This document shows, in pieces, positions 1 to 8,361 of a stretch of 64,000 nucleotides of DNA. The notes beneath the pieces are model-generated. The model made no database searches, had not been told where the DNA came from, and saw nothing but the letters and a program-made list of their open reading frames with translations. The translations under genes and the position numbers were made by a program. The DNA comes from a virus (taxonomy: Duplodnaviria > Caudoviricetes). Where the stretch lies: the IMG/VR virus record IMGVR_UViG_3300021514_000002, positions 160,001 through 224,000 of that record. One strand, given 5' to 3'. The first letter of the stretch is position 1. Each line of letters begins with the position of its first letter.

Positions 1-4
1 AAAG

Positions 5-120
5 AGGTGGCTGGTGCTATGTGTGCCAATAATAGCACTAAAATTGTTCTGTTTGACAAAGCAGCCCCCAGCCAATACGCTCTTTGTCCGAAGAACCTTT
101 ATAGTCCCCCTTAGCCACCT
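5..120 (-). ncRNA. Candidate structured RNA (multi-stem)
   Basis: Non-coding; stems 5-12/113-120, 14-20/32-38, 55-61/82-88; cUUCGg tetraloop on minus strand at 86-96. Confidence 0.3.
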
Positions 121-160
121 ACAACCACATTCTACGTAACGTGGTCAAGCGTTCGGGCTT

Positions 161-310
161 TTATCCCCAAAAACCGTCTTCCATTGGTTCCATGTTTTCA
201 AAGCAACCATCCTGTGCGAAGTCCATTAACTCTTGCTGTTCTAGCAAGTGGTTATTATCTTCGTCAAAATCGTACTGTAAATCAAAATCTTCTGCGTAGT
301 CGTCTTCCAT
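161..310 (-). CDS. Small acidic hypothetical protein (49 aa)
   Basis: Start re-set to ATG 310 behind cassette promoter/SD; very D/E-rich. Confidence 0.6.
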   Translation of the reverse strand: MEDDYAEDFDLQYDFDEDNNHLLEQQELMDFAQDGCFENMEPMEDGFWG

Positions 311-383
311 TGTATTGTGCCTTTTAAGTCCGTTGACAGTGGAATAATTATACATGTTATTTAGGTTATGTCAAGAATTATTT

Positions 384-650
384 TTAATAAACCTTAGTTG
401 CAATTACCTTATCTGTGCCAGTATTAACAACAGACACAACTTTTTTAATCATGTCCTTGACATTATCAAAATCCAACATTAACTCAGGTAATGGTTCACG
501 AACCTGCATATTTGTTAAACAATGTGCAATGCGCGTTATAGCTCCAGTCAATGAATAACTAATCATTTGATCATCGTTCGCTTTAACCATTAATGTAAAC
601 AAGTTACCAAACGGATCTTTTAATGAAAGTTTTGCAAGTACAGTTGCCAT
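384..650 (-). CDS. Hypothetical protein
   Basis: ORF with cassette promoter and SD at 655-711. Confidence 0.75.
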   Translation of the reverse strand: MATVLAKLSLKDPFGNLFTLMVKANDDQMISYSLTGAITRIAHCLTNMQVREPLPELMLDFDNVKDMIKKVVSVVNTGTDKVIATKVY

Positions 651-714
651 AATGTGTTACCTTGTTTGTTGACGTTAGAGCTATTATTACATAACCCTAT
701 ATCTTTGTCAATAA

Positions 715-963
715 CTATTTCAGGATTCTTTTCAGCCCTTCAACCACCAGCTGATATTGTTTAGCTAATGTCATGTCAAACAGTCGATCAACTGTTATAA
801 AATAATCCGCATAATATCCAACTTCTGTTACGCCTAATGGTGCTAGTTCTTTTAAGATACATTCAATATCTTCATCGTTTTGCTCGCTTGTGCGATTTAT
901 CACACAACCATCAGGCGTAGATATTACGAAACTTCTTATTTCATAACCATCGACTTCGTTCAT
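715..963 (-). CDS. Hypothetical protein
   Basis: ORF coupled to upstream gene (ATGA overlap). Confidence 0.7.
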   Translation of the reverse strand: MNEVDGYEIRSFVISTPDGCVINRTSEQNDEDIECILKELAPLGVTEVGYYADYFITVDRLFDMTLAKQYQLVVEGLKRILK

Positions 964-1313
964 AACTTTGTTACTGCTACAATTTTAGCATTCTGCGCGC
1001 GTAAATATTTCGCCTTTGCAAGTGCTGGGGTTTTACTTGCTCCATCTGGTATGGTGAAAGTATTTTCAACTTTTAAATATGGCGCGGTTGGTTTACCATC
1101 ACGAATGTCTCGCACAGTATACGCTTTTACCATTACACCATTTTCTTTATTGATTGTTCGATGAGCGGCATACAATGTAGCGGCATATGAATCACCAATA
1201 TTAAAAGTATCTTTTAAAATACTAATTGCATTCTCACGCTTGGTTGCTGTTTGACTATCAAGCACAGTGAATGCGCGTTGCCGTACCGAATTTGGATCTT
1301 TTTTACGTGCCAT
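960..1313 (-). CDS. Hypothetical basic protein, possible DNA-binding
   Basis: ORF with SD; basic N-terminus and helical segment. Confidence 0.7.
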   Translation of the reverse strand: MARKKDPNSVRQRAFTVLDSQTATKRENAISILKDTFNIGDSYAATLYAAHRTINKENGVMVKAYTVRDIRDGKPTAPYLKVENTFTIPDGASKTPALAKAKYLRAQNAKIVAVTKL

Positions 1314-1541
1314 TTAAATTTCCTCTTGTTCGTCGTCTGCTTTACCATTGATAGTACAAGGACGAAACTTATACAATGGACAATTCTTTGAAGTACAATC
1401 TTCAACTTGTTTACGCCAACTACCACACCCCAATGCTTCGGGGTCATAGATACATTCACAACACATCGCATTGATGGCTGCAGCGCGCCCCTTTTTACTA
1501 CGGAGTTTATTCATTACTTTTTCTTTCTGATCTGTTTTCAT
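1314..1541 (-). CDS. Small Cys-rich protein (CCEC...C...CPLY), likely metal-binding
   Basis: Start re-set to ATG 1541 after CAGGTAA; Cys cluster. Confidence 0.65.
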   Translation of the reverse strand: MKTDQKEKVMNKLRSKKGRAAAINAMCCECIYDPEALGCGSWRKQVEDCTSKNCPLYKFRPCTINGKADDEQEEI

Positions 1542-1568
1542 ATTTGTTACCTGATCTGTTTTAAGAAA

Positions 1569-1719
1569 CTTATGTAAGACCAGTGACACGACATGAATAC
1601 CTAGTCGACTCCAGCTATGCTGGCTTGGTTTCATCCCGTAGCAAGGGCATTCCTAGTTACACTTGCCGCCTGTTTCCAGACTGTTGTTTTTCAACAACTA
1701 CCACTTAATCTTACATAAG
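1569..1719 (-). ncRNA. Candidate structured RNA or long 5' leader
   Basis: 11-bp closing stem 1569-1579/1709-1719 with internal hairpins incl. CTG-GAAA-CAG; directly downstream of promoter at 1765. Confidence 0.35.
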
Positions 1720-1895
1720 CTCCCTACGTTGAGAACATTATTACACAACCGTAGTTCTTTGTCAATAACTTTAAGCCCTTATAAGTGCTCTTATAGTTTA
1801 TTACCCTGCGCGTCAGGTCGCGTCTATAAGATCGGCGTGGCAATTTGACGCCGATGTTTTACTTTTAACATACATTGTATGTTCTTCTTATAAGC

Positions 1896-2069
1896 AGCCC
1901 CTAACAGGATTCGAACCTGTGAGAAGATAATACAATAACGATGTTTTGGGGACATCAAGACAATTACCCAAAATCCTTGTCTACACACTACACTTAGCGC
2001 AATTGTATGCAATGTATTATCTAAGTCGCTTCTTCAAGTGACTCCCTAAGCCGACAGGGGGCTAGGGGC
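1896..2069 (-). ncRNA. tRNA-like RNA with ~100-nt insertion in the variable region
   Basis: Acceptor GCCCCTA(2069-2063)/TAGGGGC(1903-1897); perfect T-arm ACAGG-TTCGAAT-CCTGT; D-like hairpin CCCT/AGGG; no encoded CCA; promoter at 2191. Confidence 0.5.
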
Positions 2070-2199
2070 ATAGATTTATTCTGCCCACCTCACGACACTG
2101 GGTGGCGATGCCGTAACATTCCTACATGATTGCGTTCCTCTTTGTTTGTTGACAGTGGGGATATTATTACATACCCCTAGTTATTTGTCAATAACTATT

Positions 2200-2406
2200 T
2201 TAATACATTGTCCTGAAACACCACATAGTTATCCATGCCAACGCACCCGATAATAATATAATGTCGCGTGGTAGACGCAGGTTAATCTTTTCGGTAACAT
2301 GCACTGGATTAAGGAGTAACATAAAAACATATATCGCCATACTTAATACCCACCACCCAAAACATACGAATGTCATTACTTTTGGATCTAATAAAAAATC
2401 AAACAT
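2200..2406 (-). CDS. Small membrane protein (2 TM)
   Basis: Two hydrophobic segments; SD GGAG. Confidence 0.65.
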   Translation of the reverse strand: MFDFLLDPKVMTFVCFGWWVLSMAIYVFMLLLNPVHVTEKINLRLPRDIILLSGALAWITMWCFRTMY

Positions 2407-2418
2407 GTTATTCTCCAG

Positions 2419-2796
2419 TTAAGAACCCATAACGAATTTATATATTTTTACACCCCGTGGGGTCTTAGTCTTACGTGGTGCTACTGCTTCCAAGAAGATA
2501 TGATGATAATCACCGGTGACCTGAATCATTTCGTTAGCGACTACAGCAAGGTCTAACCAAGTAGGATTTTCTAATACTTTACTTTGGTATGTTTTACCTT
2601 CGCCCCAAAATTCATCGTGTTCTTGTATGACCATAACCTTACCACTAACTGCAACCTGTTTAAGATTGTTTAGTGGGTTGTCAGTTGTCTTAGAAGTTTT
2701 GTACGCTGAATAAGACACGTACATCTTCTCGCCTTCTGGTAAAGCCGCATGAATAGCATCACTCATTTCATCTAGTTTTTGACCATATTCTGACAT
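2419..2796 (-). CDS. Hypothetical protein
   Basis: ORF with cassette promoter at 2858. Confidence 0.75.
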   Translation of the reverse strand: MSEYGQKLDEMSDAIHAALPEGEKMYVSYSAYKTSKTTDNPLNNLKQVAVSGKVMVIQEHDEFWGEGKTYQSKVLENPTWLDLAVVANEMIQVTGDYHHIFLEAVAPRKTKTPRGVKIYKFVMGS

Positions 2797-2861
2797 AACT
2801 TAATTCCTTTGTTTGTTGACTGTGGGGACATTGTTACATGCCCCCGTTTGTTTGTCAATAA

Positions 2862-3374
2862 TTATTTTGAACATATCCAAACAGGTGCTGACTTAGTACC
2901 ACCTAGAACTTGAACAGTGTTAAACTGTTCTAATAGTAATTGCACCATTTCAGAAACTGTGATATCAGCCTTGCGTGGCGACTGTGGAAAATTCGCGTAG
3001 AACCTACCATCGTCTTTTACTACTTCCGCAACCTGTTTAATAGTTTCACGCGCCATGTCGAACCCTGATTGAACATTCAACACGTTTGACGCATATACAA
3101 TATCGTATTTCTGCATCAATGCTAATTCGTTGTGAACCCGTGGATCAATGTTGTCACCGAATTCGTATGCTGTTACCATCCAACCATCAGCCAACATTGC
3201 CTGTGCATGTGCTGCAGATTTACCTGCGCCAAAATCCAACACTGTTGCGTCTTCTTTATCGTAAAACAATTCTAAATATTCACGTACAAAGCGTGGCGTA
3301 ATAGCGTTCTTGCCTACTGCACCACTATTACGTGATGTCTTGTTTGCTACTTCAATATCTGTTTGTTTGAACAT
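2862..3374 (-). CDS. Class I SAM-dependent methyltransferase
   Basis: Motif I VLDFGAGK, motif IV-like YDIVYASNVLNV; start re-set to ATG 3374. Confidence 0.75.
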   Translation of the reverse strand: MFKQTDIEVANKTSRNSGAVGKNAITPRFVREYLELFYDKEDATVLDFGAGKSAAHAQAMLADGWMVTAYEFGDNIDPRVHNELALMQKYDIVYASNVLNVQSGFDMARETIKQVAEVVKDDGRFYANFPQSPRKADITVSEMVQLLLEQFNTVQVLGGTKSAPVWICSK

Positions 3375-3518
3375 ACTAAATTGCCTTTGCTTGTTGACAG
3401 TGAAGCTATTATGGCACAAGGCATTGCCCTTGTCAACAAATGTTTTAATCTGCTTCACTTGACTATGTAATAATGTCTTGTTATAATCTTTATAACGTCA
3501 ACAAACAGGAAGAACATT

Positions 3519-3710
3519 ATGAAAAAAGTCAAATCAACATCAGAGATTATGCGCGCTATCTGGAAAAAACGTATGGAAGGTGGTGAAGATATATTGCGCA
3601 TCGAGATAGGTCGTTACAAGCAACACCCTCAAACCGTAATGAAGTTTATTCGTGACAACGACCTTACTGTAATTAAAAATGATGGTATTTGGGTGGTATC
3701 TAAAAAGTAA
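3519..3710 (+). CDS. Hypothetical protein
   Basis: Cassette promoter 3459, SD AGGAAG. Confidence 0.7.
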   Translation: MKKVKSTSEIMRAIWKKRMEGGEDILRIEIGRYKQHPQTVMKFIRDNDLTVIKNDGIWVVSKK

Positions 3711-3773
3711 TTATTGACAGTTGCGTAGGGATGCGCTATAATTCTTTCAACGTCAACAAACAGGAAGAACAAT

Positions 3774-4058
3774 ATGCGTAAGACGATTAATATAAAATGG
3801 TTAATCGAACATGTCAACAACTTTAATGCTACCAGTGCTGATCAATATAAGACAGAGCGCGAAGGCAAGAACATGATGCTTGAAATGATCTTACATGAAG
3901 CGGGGGCATATAGTGGGTTTGGTTATTTAGAAGCCCGTGACCTTCGCAAAGATGCCATGTCGGTTGGGGTACGTGAACAAAAGGACGATGGTTCATGGAA
4001 TTTTGATGATACAGATCATACACGCGTTTATTATTACATTAACAGGAGACTATACTAA
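3774..4058 (+). CDS. Hypothetical protein
   Basis: Cassette promoter 3714. Confidence 0.75.
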   Translation: MRKTINIKWLIEHVNNFNATSADQYKTEREGKNMMLEMILHEAGAYSGFGYLEARDLRKDAMSVGVREQKDDGSWNFDDTDHTRVYYYINRRLY

Positions 4059-4291
4059 TGGCAGACTTAGCCTTTAAAGAAAAGATTACCAAACGAAAAT
4101 TTGATGCAAAGATGGTTGAAGATTTTGGTTACGATAATATCTATTCATCACCCTATTCTGAAAATGGTGCAGATGGAGATGGATACCACATCGTTAAGAA
4201 AATGACATTGTACTATACTAATGAACATACACATATCGGCACATGGATGAAAGGTGAAGGCTGGATATTTGAAAAAGCATACCAAAAATAG
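4058..4291 (+). CDS. Hypothetical protein
   Basis: Coupled to upstream ORF (TAATG). Confidence 0.7.
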   Translation: MADLAFKEKITKRKFDAKMVEDFGYDNIYSSPYSENGADGDGYHIVKKMTLYYTNEHTHIGTWMKGEGWIFEKAYQK

Positions 4292-4355
4292 TTATTGACA
4301 ATAGTGCAGGGATGCACTATAATGGTTTCAACGTCAACAAACACAGGCAATAAAA

Positions 4356-4676
4356 ATGTACACCTTTGAAACACATAATACTGACGAAAATATTGATCCG
4401 ACTAATACTTATCTATGTGGGAACTTAGATTGTCCACGCCATGTATTGGTAGAATTATTTGGTGAACCATTTGGCCCAAGTGATAAGGTTATCAATGAAT
4501 GGGACTTAGAAGTTACTGATGAAGTTGGTAAAACTGTTATCATTACCATATATGATTGGAAAAATTATCATCTAACATCTTTGCCCGACGATTACTATAA
4601 TTGGAATATTGGTGGCAAAGGGTATGATGCTGTTACCTTTATTCATGAATTAATTGCGCAACTGAGGACAAAATAA
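4356..4676 (+). CDS. Hypothetical protein
   Basis: Cassette promoter 4295. Confidence 0.75.
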   Translation: MYTFETHNTDENIDPTNTYLCGNLDCPRHVLVELFGEPFGPSDKVINEWDLEVTDEVGKTVIITIYDWKNYHLTSLPDDYYNWNIGGKGYDAVTFIHELIAQLRTK

Positions 4677-4677
4677 C

Positions 4678-5163
4678 ATGGGATATACCACTGACTTCGA
4701 GGGTGTTATTAATATTGATCCACCCTTAAACGAAAAAGAAATTAAATACATTAACAAGTTTAGTGACACGCGGCGCATGAATCGTCGTAACGGTCCATAT
4801 TATGTGGGTGGTACTGGCATTGCTGGACAAGGAGATGATGCAGATATTATCAACTCTAATAGCCCAGACCCAAGCCAACCGGGACTTTGGTGCCAATGGA
4901 TGGTTAATGAAGAAGGTACTGAAATTGAATGGGACGGTGGTGAAAAGTTTTACTATGCTGGTGAGTGGATGAAATATATCATCGATCACTTCATTGGTAA
5001 AGACCCTATTGCCAAACGCAACAACGAACACTTTGATTTTCTTGAAGGTCACAATACCAATGGTGAAATCTATGCTAATGGTGAAGAGTCTGGCGACAAC
5101 TGGAAGATTGAAGTAAAAGATGGTGTTGTAGTTATTAAAGAAGGTACTATCTCTTACGATTGA
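4678..5163 (+). CDS. Conserved phage hypothetical protein (MGYTTDF...CQW...WDGGEKFY)
   Basis: Motif pattern recalled from many phage hypothetical proteins. Confidence 0.75.
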   Translation: MGYTTDFEGVINIDPPLNEKEIKYINKFSDTRRMNRRNGPYYVGGTGIAGQGDDADIINSNSPDPSQPGLWCQWMVNEEGTEIEWDGGEKFYYAGEWMKYIIDHFIGKDPIAKRNNEHFDFLEGHNTNGEIYANGEESGDNWKIEVKDGVVVIKEGTISYD

Positions 5164-5175
5164 TGTGATGATCAT

Positions 5176-5442
5176 GTGATGCTTGACAACGGAACATATG
5201 ATATGATACTATTAACATTAACAGAAGGGGATGGTATAACAACCCATTTATCTATAGGGGTAGATCCTATAGCAGTGAAGATGGGTGACTTCTTTGAAAA
5301 TGTAATTGGTTTAGAAGTTGAATATGATAAAATTGATAGTGTATATCTACCCACTGTACGCAATCAAGAAGAATCACAACGCGCCGAGTATCTTATAAGA
5401 GAGTGGCGCAAATACGACAGCCACTTGATGGTTGTTAAATAG
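5176..5442 (+). CDS. Hypothetical protein
   Basis: ORF; start lies within an 18-nt repeat unit. Confidence 0.6.
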   Translation: MMLDNGTYDMILLTLTEGDGITTHLSIGVDPIAVKMGDFFENVIGLEVEYDKIDSVYLPTVRNQEESQRAEYLIREWRKYDSHLMVVK

Positions 5443-5449
5443 AATTCTT

Positions 5450-5605
5450 GCTGTTGTTTGTTGACGCTGCTCTAGCAAGAGCTGGTTGTTAGTATTGAGT
5501 TGTCACACATGGGCAACTATGCCAACGTAATAAGCCCGTATTCCTACATTTGGCATACGGGCTTTCCTATGGCCCATAGAAAATTCACGATACGAACCCC
5601 CACAA
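5450..5605 (-). ncRNA. Candidate structured RNA with possible pseudoknot
   Basis: Perfect 10-bp stem 5532-5541/5555-5564; loop GCCAA complementary to TTGGC at 5521-5525; upstream TTGACT-N17-TATTGT. Confidence 0.35.
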
Positions 5606-5625
5606 TAACAAAGATAATTTTTAAA

Positions 5626-5760
5626 GTCAATAACTATTTGCCTGTGGATAACCTGTGGATAACTTATCGACCACCCAGGGGTGGCGTGGTATTATTATAG
5701 CATACCGCTGACCAATAGTCAAGAACTTTTTAACATTATTTTTAATTGTTTTTATTGACA
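5626..5760. repeat. Duplicated intergenic element, copy A, with two perfect DnaA boxes
   Basis: TGTGGATAA (=TTATCCACA) at 5643-5651 and 5654-5662; near-identical to 8197-8312. Confidence 0.8.
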
Positions 5761-5814
5761 AGCGCATAGGCTTATGTAATAATTACCATAGTCAACTAAC
5801 AACAGGTAAGTAAC

Positions 5815-6012
5815 ATGATACATAAAAACATTCTATCTATGACCTTAAACGAGCTTAGGAATCTACACCATAATATAAGCAATACACCAAGCGCACATGG
5901 GCATGAATTATCAAAGAAACCGTTCATTGAATGGTTAGATATTGTCATGAATTGGAAAGGTAAAACTATACTTTTCGATACTACCCTTATTGATTTAACT
6001 GGCCTTAAATAA
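5815..6012 (+). CDS. Hypothetical protein
   Basis: Cassette promoter 5755. Confidence 0.7.
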   Translation: MIHKNILSMTLNELRNLHHNISNTPSAHGHELSKKPFIEWLDIVMNWKGKTILFDTTLIDLTGLK

Positions 6013-6077
6013 TTCTTGACATTAGCCCAGTGATAGGCTAATATTACTACAATCAATTAACAACAGGAAAACATATT

Positions 6078-6716
6078 ATGTGGAAGTATATAAAAGAAAT
6101 CAACTGGGCGGTGCTTAGTAAAACCAATCGTGGTTATAAAGCTGGTAAAAAGTATATGTTGGAAAACTTTACAGCTAAACGTGGCAACGAAATCAATGAA
6201 TTTGTAAGTGAACGCTTTAGTGAACTATACAAACGTATTAATGAATACGAACGTGCCAACGATACGCATTGTGGTGCTTACGGCGGCGATGATTCATTTG
6301 GTGATATGATACACCATGTTATCGGATTAGGTGAAGACAAGTTCAATGAAATCATGGAAGATCCAAGCAAATTAAACGGCATGGAATTTGTAGAATCATT
6401 TAGCTATTGTATGCCGTATGAAGAAGACTACAAAATGCTTAAAGAAGATTATCACGTTGACCGTGCCAAAACAGCCGTGGTTGACTTAGCGCGCATTGTA
6501 ACAGAAAACGCGCCAAGCGGTCAAGACGTAATGGTCATTAAAGAACTAATGAATCGTTTCTTATTAATGATAGCTGGTGATATACATAGCGCACTGGAAG
6601 ATTATAATTATGACAATGATTATAGTCGCCATTATCAATTTGAAGCTAATGATTGCCATGCGTCCTTTGCTAACTATATAAATGATTGTTACGAATATAA
6701 AGATATTCTTTCTTGA
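6078..6716 (+). CDS. Hypothetical protein
   Basis: Cassette promoter 6016; 212-aa ORF. Confidence 0.8.
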   Translation: MWKYIKEINWAVLSKTNRGYKAGKKYMLENFTAKRGNEINEFVSERFSELYKRINEYERANDTHCGAYGGDDSFGDMIHHVIGLGEDKFNEIMEDPSKLNGMEFVESFSYCMPYEEDYKMLKEDYHVDRAKTAVVDLARIVTENAPSGQDVMVIKELMNRFLLMIAGDIHSALEDYNYDNDYSRHYQFEANDCHASFANYINDCYEYKDILS

Positions 6717-6775
6717 CAAACAATTGGGGCTATGTAATAATAGCCCTAACGTCAACAAACAACAGGTAAAATATT

Positions 6776-6985
6776 ATGTCATACGATCAAGATCCAAAAT
6801 ACGCACAAAAACCATGGACGATGTTTATAATGGATGGTTACGGTACTGATTTTATAGTCGCTAATCCATTACATGTGCCACGCAAAGGCGAAGCAATTAT
6901 GGACTTTAACTATAATCCCGCGCCGTTAGTTCAGACTGTGGTGTATGATTACAAAGGCAAACAAATCTTTGTAAAGTGTGAATAA
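6776..6985 (+). CDS. Hypothetical protein
   Basis: Cassette promoter 6713. Confidence 0.7.
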   Translation: MSYDQDPKYAQKPWTMFIMDGYGTDFIVANPLHVPRKGEAIMDFNYNPAPLVQTVVYDYKGKQIFVKCE

Positions 6986-7060
6986 GAGTAATACGTTGTT
7001 GACTACGGCACATGGACGTGCTACTATTAATTACAGTCAACGAATAACAGGTAAAATATT

Positions 7061-7213
7061 ATGACAAGAACAGCGATATTAATAATGGAAGTTGAAATGC
7101 GAATTGAGCAGGCAACACGGCGCAATGTACCCGAAGGGGAATTACAGGAATTGCGGCGCGAACTGTATTCACTTGAAGAACAACTTGAAGATGAACAAGA
7201 TGAAAACTCCTAA
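7061..7213 (+). CDS. Small coiled-coil protein (50 aa; not in ORF track)
   Basis: Translated by hand MTRTAILIMEVEMRIEQ...; cassette promoter near 6998. Confidence 0.6.
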   Translation: MTRTAILIMEVEMRIEQATRRNVPEGELQELRRELYSLEEQLEDEQDENS

Positions 7214-7381
7214 ACCAACTATATGGGGTATATTATAATTCTTACTTTTTTCAGCAACACATTTAGTACAATCCCTAGAACTAACATATCTATCATCCAC
7301 ATGACCATATTTACACGGGTTTCCAGTGTAGTATTTTTTTAGTCCCTTTACAAGTGCTTCTTTTCTTGATATAATATTCAT
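7169..7381 (-). CDS. Small protein with TGNPCKYGH...RY...CxxC module and hydrophobic tail; possible homing-nuclease remnant
   Basis: Motif resembles the N-terminus of phage HNH proteins; ATAAATA at 7387-7393 upstream. Confidence 0.5.
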   Translation of the reverse strand: MNIISRKEALVKGLKKYYTGNPCKYGHVDDRYVSSRDCTKCVAEKSKNYNIPHIVGLGVFILFIFKLFFK

Positions 7382-7394
7382 TGTAGTATTTATC

Positions 7395-7440
7395 CGATGT
7401 GATGATCATGTGACGATGTGATGATCATGTGACGATGTGA
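7395..7440 (+). repeat. 19-nt tandem repeat (CGATGTGATGATCATGTGA x2.4)
   Basis: Read directly; the same 18-mer occurs at 5162-5179. Confidence 0.85.
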
Positions 7441-7778
7441 AATCAGGAATAAACATGATAGATAATTTAATAATTGGTGAACCTATTGAAGGATTAACAT
7501 TACATGACTTGGGAATAGGGACAGAGGAAACAACATTAACCATAGGGGTGAATGAAGCCATTGAAATGGAATTATTTCTACCACGAATCCTTGTACATGT
7601 TGGTATATTTAATACTACCTCTGAAATCAAGCGCATTAACAAAGACAGACAAAACAGTACGAAGATTAAAGACGAAAATTCACGTAATTTGTGGCGCAAA
7701 CTCAACAAGCCAGAATTCACTTATATAAAATGCGGCAAAAAAACATTCTGGTTATTAGTCGGCGATATAACACAATAA
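7437..7778 (+). CDS. Hypothetical protein
   Basis: ORF of 113 aa; true start may be ATG 7456. Confidence 0.65.
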   Translation: MKSGINMIDNLIIGEPIEGLTLHDLGIGTEETTLTIGVNEAIEMELFLPRILVHVGIFNTTSEIKRINKDRQNSTKIKDENSRNLWRKLNKPEFTYIKCGKKTFWLLVGDITQ

Positions 7779-7850
7779 GCGAATATTAGTACATCCTAAT
7801 AAGCGAATATTCAAACGTACTAATACGCTCCCACTTTTTACAGGCAAGAG

Positions 7851-7878
7851 AAAAGCCCTGAATTATATCAGGGCTTTT
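7851..7878. terminator. Bidirectional intrinsic terminator
   Basis: AAAAGCCCTGA-ATTATA-TCAGGGCTTTT between convergent genes. Confidence 0.8.
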
Positions 7879-7881
7879 CGT

Positions 7882-8142
7882 TTAATTCAAGTCAGCTAAT
7901 ACGTACTCGCCAGCTTGGATCTTTTTGCGGGTTATCGCGATGCCTTCACCTAAGAACTTGTTACGATACTTTCCTGTAGTTACTGAATAATCCCACTTAT
8001 TCTCGTCGAGGGTGATTTTGCCGCCTTCGTTAATAGCGATAATAGACTGATAGCTCTGGAATGTTTCTTTATTCCCATCAGTAATAATAAACTGATTAGC
8101 AATATCATTGCCTTGCGCGCTTTGCATGTTTTGTACTTTCAT
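7882..8142 (-). CDS. Hypothetical protein
   Basis: Cassette promoter 8200 on minus strand, SD AAAGGA. Confidence 0.75.
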   Translation of the reverse strand: MKVQNMQSAQGNDIANQFIITDGNKETFQSYQSIIAINEGGKITLDENKWDYSVTTGKYRNKFLGEGIAITRKKIQAGEYVLADLN

Positions 8143-8196
8143 AATATTTCCTTTCGTTTGTTGACTGGGGATATAGTACCAACATGGCGTGCAGTT

Positions 8197-8312
8197 GTCA
8201 ACAATTATTTGCCTGTGGATAACTTATCGACCGCCCAGGGGTGGCGTGGTATAATTATAGCACATGGTCAAGCCCTTGTCAAGAACTTTTTAACACATTT
8301 AATTGTTGACAA
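8197..8312. repeat. Duplicated intergenic element, copy B, with one perfect DnaA box
   Basis: TGTGGATAA at 8214-8222; perfect minus-strand promoter TTGACA(8282-8277)-N17-TATAAT(8259-8254). Confidence 0.8.
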
Positions 8313-8361
8313 CCGTTGACCATTGCCCTATAATTACCACAGTCAACGAATAGGTGCAATC

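Noticed and set aside
960-1313. Weak similarity between ATKRENAISILKDTFNI and NATRADIINSFMKEVGV in the 45528-46454 protein
   Set aside because: Similarity is at the level expected for any amphipathic helices and cannot be supported by eye.
7774-7811. 14-bp direct repeat AATAAGCGAATATT x2
   Set aside because: Only two copies in an AT-rich 3' region before a terminator, with no further pattern.
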